Positions 8,793 through 16,180 of a stretch of 45,333 bases of DNA are shown here, piece after piece. Source of the DNA: a virus; the UHGV virus genome UHGV-0213570; one strand, 5' to 3'. Below the pieces are notes generated by a model. That model saw nothing but the letters and a program-made list of their open reading frames with translations. It had not been told where the DNA came from and made no database searches. Position 1 is the stretch's first letter, and every line of letters begins with the position of its first letter. The translations under genes were made by a program, and so were the position numbers.

Positions 8793-8822
8793 ATTGTAAC
8801 AGATTCTACACCATGGCGTTAA
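8793..8822 (-). promoter_or_regulatory. promoter TTAACG-N18-TACAAT for the terminase operon, with a GGTGTAGAATCTG box in the spacer
   Basis: Minus-strand sequence reads TTAACGccatGGTGTAGAATCTGtTACAAT, about 40 nt upstream of the TerS ATG. Confidence 0.45.
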
Positions 8823-8897
8823 TGGCAAAAAAGAACCCGCACAAAGGCGGGTTAATGGTTGGGTGATGATATGAGGAAAGCAATGGTGGTTATGGGC

Positions 8898-9071
8898 TTA
8901 TTGTACACTATCGTCACCACACTTGCCAGCATAGCACCATGCATTTTCTGTTCGCGTCTGCACATGAACGATTTCAAGCGCATCGGGGAATGCCTCGGCT
9001 ACCTTCGCGATAAAATCGTCTAATTCGTGCTGCTTTGCGAGTTGCCACACTTTCTGTTTAGTGGTTTGCAT
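8898..9071 (-). CDS. hypothetical small protein (57 aa from MQTTKQ)
   Basis: Internal ATG 9071 with GAGGG upstream. The annotated longer N-terminus is unlikely to be translated. Confidence 0.4.
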   Translation of the reverse strand: MQTTKQKVWQLAKQHELDDFIAKVAEAFPDALEIVHVQTRTENAWCYAGKCGDDSVQ

Positions 9072-9237
9072 TAGCGAAAGCCCTCGTTGAGCACATGTAT
9101 TTAATATCATGCACACCATTGTCAGGAACAACCTCAATGCGATTGCTGAGCTGCACCATCATGTAATGACAGGTCATCATGCCGTCCCAGTACCGCTTCC
9201 ACATGAATTCCATTGCGTAGCTAATATCATTAAACAT
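9058..9237 (-). CDS. hypothetical 59-aa protein (MFNDISYAMEFMWKRYW...)
   Basis: RBS AAAAGGAG. Its start region GCATTATGTTTAAT is identical to that of the 9550 gene. Confidence 0.4.
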   Translation of the reverse strand: MFNDISYAMEFMWKRYWDGMMTCHYMMVQLSNRIEVVPDNGVHDIKYMCSTRAFANANH

Positions 9238-9550
9238 AATGCTGCCACTCCTTTTTAACCCATGCTATGCGATTCCTGTTGGTGTGGATTGCCGCGTTAA
9301 TAGATTCCAAACGGTATGAGTTATCTGCGTTATTAAACGGGTAATCACGACTGAGTCCGGCCTTAATGAATTGCGATTTCATTAACTGCAGCGTCATATC
9401 CCTTGCAGGGAATCTGCAACCTTTGCTTGTAAGATATAAGCATAAAGAACCGCAAAGCCCGATGCGACGACTAAATGGCTCGCCTTCTGGTGCTCCAGCA
9501 TCAATCCAGTCGGAGTATACTTCATAAAAATCAGCTAATTGATTAAACAT
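9230..9550 (-). CDS. hypothetical 106-aa protein (MFNQLADFYEVY...)
   Basis: Internal ATG 9550 with RBS GGAG. Confidence 0.45.
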   Translation of the reverse strand: MFNQLADFYEVYSDWIDAGAPEGEPFSRRIGLCGSLCLYLTSKGCRFPARDMTLQLMKSQFIKAGLSRDYPFNNADNSYRLESINAAIHTNRNRIAWVKKEWQHYV

Positions 9551-9651
9551 AATGCAAAACTCCTGCAATAGCTGCCACCAGTGCCAGCACATAAACGGCA
9601 AGGAAGATTTTAGCGCCAGTGGTGTATCGGCGTCGTTGGTGGTTGTTCACA

Positions 9652-9903
9652 TTAACCATTGCTAACCTCTCTTAACTCAGCCGTAAGCGCCATAATCATC
9701 CCGTCCTCTCTTTCCCATAAAATCTCACCACCTTCAGACATCACAAGCTGCCATACAATCTGTGCAGCCTCTTCTGTCACGTCTCTGGGAGGTTTATTAC
9801 CAACACGAATTTGCATGCCTGACTTATGTTCTTTCATCATAGCAAGAACAATTTTCTTACTTACAGGAGAAAATCCAAGTTGTAATTTTGGCGTGCTGCT
9901 CAT
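9652..9903 (-). CDS. hypothetical 83-aa protein
   Basis: ORF in the leftward early operon. Confidence 0.45.
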   Translation of the reverse strand: MSSTPKLQLGFSPVSKKIVLAMMKEHKSGMQIRVGNKPPRDVTEEAAQIVWQLVMSEGGEILWEREDGMIMALTAELREVSNG

Positions 9904-9966
9904 TTGTACATCTCCACTAAAGCGTGCGCCACATATAGCGCACTGATAATTAATATGAACGGGTAG

Positions 9967-10182
9967 CTATTCACTTTTAGCCAGGCTTTCGAATTGCTGG
10001 CTGGTGGTGTCACACTCCATCTCAATAAGCATGTCATTAATAATCTTCCTTGACTCTTCAACGAGTCTGTTAAATCCGTCATCATTAATGACAGGAACTG
10101 GCACAAACCTGATGCCTGCTGATGCAAGTGCGTTAGCCATTTCAAGCGACTGCCTTAATTCAACTGGAGATGCTTTTTTCAT
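9967..10182 (-). CDS. hypothetical 71-aa protein
   Basis: ORF whose start overlaps the stop of the upstream gene. Confidence 0.45.
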   Translation of the reverse strand: MKKASPVELRQSLEMANALASAGIRFVPVPVINDDGFNRLVEESRKIINDMLIEMECDTTSQQFESLAKSE

Positions 10183-10622
10183 TGCTCGCCTCCATGTTCT
10201 TCCAGAAAAATACGCATATCCTCAAGCATCTCTTCGGTGTCATACGGTGACAACTTGTCACGCAGGATGTGTTCAATGCTGTTAATGAACTTGCGGATTG
10301 CTTTGCGTTCAAATTCATACAGGAAAGCGTCCGTCGCTGGGGTGTCTGATTGCAGAGACTTTGCGCGATAGTCATTCCACCCTCTTACATACATGGGATT
10401 AACTTGCACGCCATCTTTTACACTATATGCCTGCCCTCCACGGTTGATAACCTTGATTTCGTCCATAGCGCCAGACTTCAGTCCCGCATTCTCTGCAGCC
10501 AGCGCCGCGCATTTGGCTTCGAGTGCCGAGTAGTCCTCGTAATTAACATAAGCACCATCGGTACACTCATCCATAGACATGCCACCAAAAGCAGAAATGT
10601 CATAACGCTTAACTTCACTCAT
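10179..10622 (-). CDS. hypothetical 147-aa acidic protein
   Basis: ORF in an operon of overlapping genes. Confidence 0.5.
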   Translation of the reverse strand: MSEVKRYDISAFGGMSMDECTDGAYVNYEDYSALEAKCAALAAENAGLKSGAMDEIKVINRGGQAYSVKDGVQVNPMYVRGWNDYRAKSLQSDTPATDAFLYEFERKAIRKFINSIEHILRDKLSPYDTEEMLEDMRIFLEEHGGEQ

Positions 10623-10852
10623 ACCACAACCCCCATAATTTCTTCGTAATAACCATCTTCTTCAAACTCAATCTTGGTGATTTTGAGAGCATCTTCATCT
10701 GTGATATCAATCGCTTTGAATTTGCACTTTGCCAGAACAATGCAGCAGGACATGATTAGCCACTTATTCCACCAGCGCGCTCGCTTGATTGTCTTGCTTG
10801 CATACATTTTGTTCTGTACAAACCAGAACTCGTATGTTTTCACTTTTGCCAT
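10619..10852 (-). CDS. hypothetical 77-aa protein
   Basis: ORF overlapping the downstream gene by 4 nt. Confidence 0.45.
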   Translation of the reverse strand: MAKVKTYEFWFVQNKMYASKTIKRARWWNKWLIMSCCIVLAKCKFKAIDITDEDALKITKIEFEEDGYYEEIMGVVV

Positions 10853-10888
10853 ATCATCACCATTAAAAATAAGACGCCTGAATCGAGT

Positions 10889-11071
10889 TCAGAACACGAT
10901 AATCAGCTCATCCATTACTCTTCCCTTACCTTCACCATTAAACACGCGCACGACGCGATTAACGCGGATAGATTCCATTGCATTGCGCGCCTGCTTGCTC
11001 ATAAAGTTCTGCGTGCCAACATGACCGAGCTCAGGTTCCAGTTTCTCACGACGATAGATAGTTTTTGCCAT
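10889..11071 (-). CDS. hypothetical 60-aa protein
   Basis: RBS AAGGAG. Confidence 0.45.
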   Translation of the reverse strand: MAKTIYRREKLEPELGHVGTQNFMSKQARNAMESIRVNRVVRVFNGEGKGRVMDELIIVF

Positions 11072-11074
11072 TTG

Positions 11075-11170
11075 TCACTCCTTATACCCTGATTTTGAAA
11101 CTGCCACTGCGATAATGATGAATGCCACGACAACCATACTGGCGATGAGTTCTAATGTTGCGCCTGTCAT
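11075..11170 (-). CDS. tiny hydrophobic peptide (31 aa, MTGATLELIASMVVVAFIIIAVAVSKSGYKE)
   Basis: ATGA overlap with the upstream ORF and a single TM segment. Not in the ORF track. Confidence 0.3.
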   Translation of the reverse strand: MTGATLELIASMVVVAFIIIAVAVSKSGYKE

Positions 11171-11313
11171 TTGCTTAACCCATGCGCAGAGATTAAAGCC
11201 TGCATTGCTGCGTTCCAGAATGCTTCGGCAGGAATGCTGTTGTTTGTGCGCTCGACTGCAATGCGTGCCATAGACTGTGCATCTTTAAATCCTTCACGGT
11301 CTTTTATTTTCAT
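11167..11313 (-). CDS. hypothetical 48-aa protein, first gene of the leftward operon
   Basis: ATG 11313 lies about 25 nt downstream of the promoter at 11344..11372. Confidence 0.35.
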   Translation of the reverse strand: MKIKDREGFKDAQSMARIAVERTNNSIPAEAFWNAAMQALISAHGLSK

Positions 11314-11343
11314 CTCTTCACCCTCGTTTGCTTTGATAAGTCC

Positions 11344-11372
11344 AATCTACATCAATGATGATTCTACGTCAA
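11344..11372 (-). promoter_or_regulatory. near-consensus promoter TTGACG-N17-TAGATT (leftward), with two GTAGA(A/T)T boxes
   Basis: Minus-strand sequence reads TTGACGTAGAATCATCATTGATGTAGATTGG. Confidence 0.55.
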
Positions 11373-11389
11373 CATGATTTTCAGGTGTC

Positions 11390-11800
11390 GCACTTGTTGA
11401 TTCTGGTAAACAGGACTAATTGCGCACTTATTAATCTCATTACAAAAAACCGGTAAATTCCGTTTTCTCAGGTAAAGCACAGGTAATCAACAACTTATAA
11501 TGTAAATTATTATTCTAAAACTACTGTATTTACCTACAGGTGGTAAAAATGAAGCCAGCAATTCCGCGGCTTGCAAGGGATTTACCGGTTTTACCCGGTA
11601 AATTCTATAGAGGTAAGTAATTTATTCATTCATATTAATATATTGATTTTATTAAATTTTCTTAAAATTAGATCTATTAATACACTACTACTCTTAATAA
11701 TTAAAAACTCCTTAAGAAGTCCGGTAAAACCGGTAAAACGTTATTAATCAATTAGTTACATCAAAAACGCCCGGTAAAAACCAGGTAAAGCCGGTATAAG
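11390..11800. repeat. iteron-like array of about 12 (C)CGGTAAA(A) repeats in both orientations flanking a stretch of over 85% AT; a candidate origin or regulatory hub between divergent operons
   Basis: Repeats read directly include CTGGTAAAC, ACCGGTAAATT, CAGGTAAAG, CAGGTAATC, TTTACCT, GGTGGTAAAAA, TTTACCGG, CCCGGTAAATT, CCGGTAAAACCGGTAAAACG and CCCGGTAAAAACCAGGTAAAGCCGGTATAAG. The 11600..11700 segment is almost pure A/T. Confidence 0.6.
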
Positions 11801-11961
11801 TCGAGCAAAAATTCACCAAACTGTACATCCAGCACATATTAGTGATGAGGAACTGGTCATACCTGATGCTTGGTGTGGCGGACGCTCATGTTCTGATGTG
11901 TTTTTTATTGCATATCTTTTTTATTTATATAAAATTATAGCAAGTGGAGATGGAGGGAATT

Positions 11962-12201
11962 ATGAAAGAACTAAGTTACCGTAAAGGGTCAAATCTTGAG
12001 TGGGTGTACGGGTTACTTAAGAGATTGAGGAGAACGCATGATGGGTGGTTTGTTTGTGGCGAAGATTGGGAACGCGCTCGCTCTATTGGGTTACCGAGTT
12101 TTCGAACAAATGTCAGTATTGTTTCAAGGGATATGGGTATAAAGGTGTTGGTGAACATTGAAAAAGACGAAATTTTATTATTACACATGGGATGGAGGTA
12201 G
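11962..12201 (+). CDS. hypothetical 79-aa protein, first rightward early gene
   Basis: ATG 11962 lies behind GGAGATGGAGGG. Confidence 0.45.
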   Translation: MKELSYRKGSNLEWVYGLLKRLRRTHDGWFVCGEDWERARSIGLPSFRTNVSIVSRDMGIKVLVNIEKDEILLLHMGWR

Positions 12202-12203
12202 GT

Positions 12204-12494
12204 ATGAGTTGCGCGCCGATATTCCCTGTCACGACATCGCTTGCTCACGACGTGATAAATAATCTTACCGCTCCTGATGGGTGTCAGTTTTACTTTGAGA
12301 ACGGGTATTCAACTTCAATTTTGATTGGTGGAAGAGATGGGTGCTACGCATACGATATAGAGAGAGGTTTTCAGATGACAATGACGTCACTTCAGAAGGC
12401 ACTAAAAATTGAGGCGGACAGGGTTGGCGCTGTGTTAACGGTGAAACAAGGTATTATACATGGAAAATTCTTGCGCGTATGGAGGGTATATTGA
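12204..12494 (+). CDS. hypothetical 96-aa protein
   Basis: ATG 12204 with RBS GGAGG. Confidence 0.45.
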   Translation: MSCAPIFPVTTSLAHDVINNLTAPDGCQFYFENGYSTSILIGGRDGCYAYDIERGFQMTMTSLQKALKIEADRVGAVLTVKQGIIHGKFLRVWRVY

Positions 12495-14074
12495 TGGGCG
12501 CTATTGATTTTGAGTCTATGGCTATGGGTATAAACAGGAAGGCTCCTGGTGCGCTTGGTGAGTTTATGGAAGAGATTGCGAAAAACTTTGAGCGCCGTAA
12601 TGATGGTGAGAGATATCGCTTAACTGGTGCCCTGGGTCTTACTCAGGCTATGGCTGGACGATATTTGATTGGTCCAACAGGTAGTATCTGCAATACTGGC
12701 ATATTTCTGGTAGCTCGCTCTGGTGCAGGTAAGGGTGCCCCTGTGAGTTTCGTCAGGGCATATGCCAATGCACTGGGAATAGGTTCCAGAGTTTGCGCAT
12801 CTAAATCGACCTCGACGAAACAGATGCAGTTAGACCTGATTGCCGGAGGCGGTTCTTTGCTCTACGTTGTGAACGATGACAAACAACATCTTGAAGACTG
12901 GAACAACCCGCGCAATGCATATCTTGGCGGCACTATGGCGTGGTATAGAGGTCTTACTGACGGCGGCGTGTGGGTTCCTAACAGGCCAATAATAAAGGAG
13001 TTGCTTGAAAACCTTACTTGGGAACAAAACCCAAAACGCATTATGGCTGCAGCAAGCGCTGAGGGATGGATAGTTCCACTTACTGGTGGTGATGATGGGA
13101 AAGGCGTCATAGATTATAAGCGCCTTGCGATGATGGACCACAGCGTTGGGCGCGCGCTCAAGTCGGCAATGAATGAGTACGAAATTGCAACAAAAGACGG
13201 TGGAATTGAAAACGCAAAATTTGTTCCGCTGATTACTGTCACTCCAGAGCAGGGAATAGATGCTGCGCGTTCATGGCAGAAAGATGGCGGTATGGGGCGA
13301 GTGCTGTTTCAGCTTGGACATCTTGCTGGTGAGGAAATGCCAGCGATGAAGGATGTGGAAGTTAGCGGCACACTTTCAAGAAAAATAATCAATGAGTGGA
13401 AAGGTAGGATTCTTACCGCAAAAACTAACGCCGTATGGGCTGATGATGATGCGAAAAAACTGCACAGATCTCTGTCTATGAAACTGGAAAGTGAGCTTGG
13501 TGATCGCGATGGTGTTGTTGGTGACGTTATCCCGCGCATGGGGCTAATGATTGTAGACCTTGCAACGCTTGCGGCTTACGCAGATCTGTCAAGTCGCCGT
13601 GGAATGACGCCAGCAGTTACGATGGAGCATGTCGAATGGGGATACATCGTGGTTCTTGAGCATCTCGCGGGTCTGCAAAGATTCCTTGAGGGCGAACAGG
13701 AGTTTGATGGACTTGAAAATACTGAATGGGAGAACATTGTAGAAAAAATTAAGCGAATTTGTGAATCACAGGCATTCATTAAAACGCCTTACTTGTCTGT
13801 TATAAAGAATAAGCTGTGTCGTGATAGAATTAAAAAGATAATCAATTCTGCTGACTCTAATAACATCACACTAACACCTGATAAGTTTGTTTATGAGGTT
13901 CTTCTTGCTATTGAGGAAAATAAGCATTCACCACTAATGCTGGACAGGGATAACCCAAGAGCCATAAAGATGTGCGGTGATGGCTCATGGGATGGTCTGC
14001 GAATGAACTCAACGGTTAGAAATTATCTTTCTGCTGCTGTTAAGCGCATGAGATTTATGAGGGGTTTGAAATGA
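12494..14074 (+). CDS. putative replication-associated NTPase with an atypical P-loop (LVARSGAGKGAP); the start could instead be 12479
   Basis: 526-aa ORF with a Walker-A-like GAGKG that lacks the usual S/T. Its position in the early operon upstream of the primase and helicase suggests replication initiation. Confidence 0.35.
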   Translation: MGAIDFESMAMGINRKAPGALGEFMEEIAKNFERRNDGERYRLTGALGLTQAMAGRYLIGPTGSICNTGIFLVARSGAGKGAPVSFVRAYANALGIGSRVCASKSTSTKQMQLDLIAGGGSLLYVVNDDKQHLEDWNNPRNAYLGGTMAWYRGLTDGGVWVPNRPIIKELLENLTWEQNPKRIMAAASAEGWIVPLTGGDDGKGVIDYKRLAMMDHSVGRALKSAMNEYEIATKDGGIENAKFVPLITVTPEQGIDAARSWQKDGGMGRVLFQLGHLAGEEMPAMKDVEVSGTLSRKIINEWKGRILTAKTNAVWADDDAKKLHRSLSMKLESELGDRDGVVGDVIPRMGLMIVDLATLAAYADLSSRRGMTPAVTMEHVEWGYIVVLEHLAGLQRFLEGEQEFDGLENTEWENIVEKIKRICESQAFIKTPYLSVIKNKLCRDRIKKIINSADSNNITLTPDKFVYEVLLAIEENKHSPLMLDRDNPRAIKMCGDGSWDGLRMNSTVRNYLSAAVKRMRFMRGLK

Positions 14075-14487
14075 GCAAAACACACGAACTTAAAATTTTA
14101 CCTGAACACTTCTGGCCTGTCGTTACCGGGCACAAGAAAGCAGAGTTAAGAAAGAATGACCGTGATTTTAAGGTTGGAGACACGATTATTCTTTATGAGT
14201 GTAATGGAGACTACACAGGAGAGAGAACAGAGAGAACCATAGTTCACATTGCTGATGTTGGCGCTTATCTTCCCGGTTATGTGCTTCTTTCCCTTAATGA
14301 GATTGCCAACTGGAAAGATGCGCGTCTTTTCGACCCTAAAGATGGACAGGAGGTTGTTATTATTGATGCTGATCGCATCAAGGTTACTGCCAGATATGAC
14401 GACTCAGGAATATACTGGTGCAATCACACGGGTAAGTCGCTGCGAAATGTAGCCTTCTGGACTGAATCGCCAGAGTTCAAAGAATAA
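14071..14487 (+). CDS. ASCH-like DUF3850 domain protein
   Basis: N-terminal sequence ELKILPEHFWPVVTGHKKAELRKNDRDFKVGDTIILYE matches the DUF3850/ASCH signature. Confidence 0.55.
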   Translation: MSKTHELKILPEHFWPVVTGHKKAELRKNDRDFKVGDTIILYECNGDYTGERTERTIVHIADVGAYLPGYVLLSLNEIANWKDARLFDPKDGQEVVIIDADRIKVTARYDDSGIYWCNHTGKSLRNVAFWTESPEFKE

Positions 14488-14490
14488 CAA

Positions 14491-14519
14491 AAACCCTCCG
14501 ATTGGAGGGTTTCTTTTAT
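14491..14519. terminator. bidirectional terminator between convergent genes
   Basis: Hairpin AAACCCTCC-GATT-GGAGGGTTT with T-runs on both strands. Confidence 0.6.
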
Positions 14520-15469
14520 CTGCTAACTGACATTTTCTCTATCAGCTCGCCAGCGTCATAAATCTTTCTCCTGATTCGCTTCGCCATCCTGATAGTGTCA
14601 GCATCATCAGGCAGCATTACCGGAAGTCCTGCATTTTCCGCAGCGCAAAGCTCGTCAAGTTTATAATTAACTATGCAGCGCAACCGTGCTTTAGTCTCAT
14701 CGCTAACAGAGCGCACCACTTCCCACATATTTTCCGGCGACCAGCAGCACCAGACATGAGCGCCAGTGAAGTAATGACACTTCCACGCATCTGCATAATC
14801 AGATACCAGGTAAATGAACTTTCCGTTGTCTTCTCCGATTGGGCTTATCGCGCCACGTGTGAGTTTACCGTTTATGGCTGAGTCTTTGTTGTACCCTGCT
14901 TTATAAAATGTTCTGAATGCATCACCATCCATTCCAATGAATGCCACGTTGCACGGCTTCATTGTGTCAGTGCGCATCATCTCAACCGCAATAAGCTCTC
15001 CAGATTTGCCACTGACGACGTTAACGTCGCAACCAATACCATTTATCAAAGTCCACTCATTCATCGCGACACGCGTTGTTTTAGCCATGATTGCGGCGAC
15101 TTCCTGCTCGGTGATGAAGTCGACATTGTGATTTATCTTAGGCATCTCCTTCCTGATTGCCTCCAGCTTTTCGCGTGGGTGCATGTTCAGGAATCCACCC
15201 AGCGCCTCCAGTGCTTCTGGAAAGCTCATGCCGGAGAGTTTCATTAGCCAGTTCATGCCGCTGCCGGAACCGCACTGATTGCATATTGCACCGCCATCGC
15301 CTTTGATTTCGAAGTTGTCATCAAAGCGATACCTGTCTTTGCCAAGGCATGACGGGCACGGCTGGTGCTTGCCATTGAAAACTCTGCTATCCACATTGAC
15401 GATAGACATGATGGCAGCTTGCCAATTTCCTAGCATTTTGGGCTCGATGTCTTTCCAGTCGTATCTCAT
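14516..15469 (-). CDS. DNA primase (zinc-ribbon plus Toprim), P4/TraC type
   Basis: Zinc-ribbon motif PCPSCLGKDRYRFDDN...GGAICNQCGSGSGMNWLMKLSGMSFPEALEAL with a downstream Toprim-like acidic region. ATG 15469 with RBS AGGAAG. Confidence 0.65.
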   Translation of the reverse strand: MRYDWKDIEPKMLGNWQAAIMSIVNVDSRVFNGKHQPCPSCLGKDRYRFDDNFEIKGDGGAICNQCGSGSGMNWLMKLSGMSFPEALEALGGFLNMHPREKLEAIRKEMPKINHNVDFITEQEVAAIMAKTTRVAMNEWTLINGIGCDVNVVSGKSGELIAVEMMRTDTMKPCNVAFIGMDGDAFRTFYKAGYNKDSAINGKLTRGAISPIGEDNGKFIYLVSDYADAWKCHYFTGAHVWCCWSPENMWEVVRSVSDETKARLRCIVNYKLDELCAAENAGLPVMLPDDADTIRMAKRIRRKIYDAGELIEKMSVSR

Positions 15470-15481
15470 AAAATCTTCCTG

Positions 15482-15510
15482 TTGACGATGATGTAGAATC
15501 ATTGTAATTT
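15482..15510 (+). promoter_or_regulatory. promoter TTGACG-N17-TAATTT with a GATGTAGAATCATTG box
   Basis: Sequence reads TTGACGatgatgtagaatcattgTAATTT. Confidence 0.45.
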
Positions 15511-15535
15511 ACTCACATGAAACGCACAAGCGTTA

Positions 15536-15564
15536 TTGACATGAAACGCAACTGAGTTTAATAT
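15536..15564 (+). promoter_or_regulatory. second tandem promoter TTGACA-N17-TAATAT, flanked by a direct repeat CATGAAACGCA
   Basis: Sequence reads TTGACAtgaaacgcaactgagttTAATAT, about 12 nt before RBS GAGGAT and ATG 15577. Confidence 0.5.
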
Positions 15565-15576
15565 CGAGGATAAGAA

Positions 15577-15702
15577 ATGGCTATAACCATGAAAAAGTGC
15601 AAAAACTGCGGGAGAGAATTCTATGGAACAGCAAGAGCTGAGTTCTGTTGCTCAGGATGCCGACTCAAAAACTTCAGGAAAAAAGCCGCTAATAACGCAT
15701 GA
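15577..15702 (+). CDS. zinc-ribbon mini-protein (41 aa, MAITMKKCKNCGREFYGTARAEFCCSGCRLKNFRKKAANNA)
   Basis: CxxC...CCxxC arrangement with a good RBS. It overlaps the 5-prime end of the HNH ORF in another frame. Confidence 0.4.
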   Translation: MAITMKKCKNCGREFYGTARAEFCCSGCRLKNFRKKAANNA

Positions 15703-16177
15703 TGAGTTAATAAAAACGCTTTCATACGATGAAAGCACTGGTGTTTTTCGTTGGTTGGTAAATCGAAAGAAAGCAAAGATTGGTGATATTGCTGGCTCAA
15801 AATGCACCAACGGTTATTTGAAATTTACCGTAAATGGCAAGTGTTATCTAGCTCATAGAGTTGCATGGTTTTATGTAAATGGGAAGTGGCCAAATGCTGA
15901 GATAGACCACATAAACTGTATTAAAACAGATAACAGGATTTGCAACTTAAGAGAGGCAAGCAGAAATGAAAATTCCTGGAATAAGAGAAGACAGCAAAAC
16001 AATACTAGCGGAGTTAAAGGTGTTTATTGGTGTAAAAAGGCAGGCAAGTGGAGAGCTATGTGCAGGGTTAATGGGAAAAAATATAGTGTTGGCCTTTTCT
16101 CTGATATCAATGATGCTGCAATTGCTCTTAGAAATTACAGAAATAAAAATCATAAAAATTTTTCAAGAAATGGGTGA
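15623..16177 (+). CDS. HNH homing endonuclease with an AP2 domain (the true start may lie downstream)
   Basis: HNH motif EIDHINCIKTDNRICNLREASRNENSWN followed by AP2-like NTSGVKGVYW...YSVGLFSDINDAAIALRNY. Confidence 0.75.
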   Translation: MEQQELSSVAQDADSKTSGKKPLITHDELIKTLSYDESTGVFRWLVNRKKAKIGDIAGSKCTNGYLKFTVNGKCYLAHRVAWFYVNGKWPNAEIDHINCIKTDNRICNLREASRNENSWNKRRQQNNTSGVKGVYWCKKAGKWRAMCRVNGKKYSVGLFSDINDAAIALRNYRNKNHKNFSRNG

Positions 16178-16180
16178 CTC

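Noticed and set aside
11171-11377. Plus-strand 68-aa ORF in the leftward promoter region
   Set aside because: It is antisense to two well-formed minus-strand small ORFs with RBSs (11075..11170 and 11167..11313) and overlaps the minus promoter. It has no RBS of its own.
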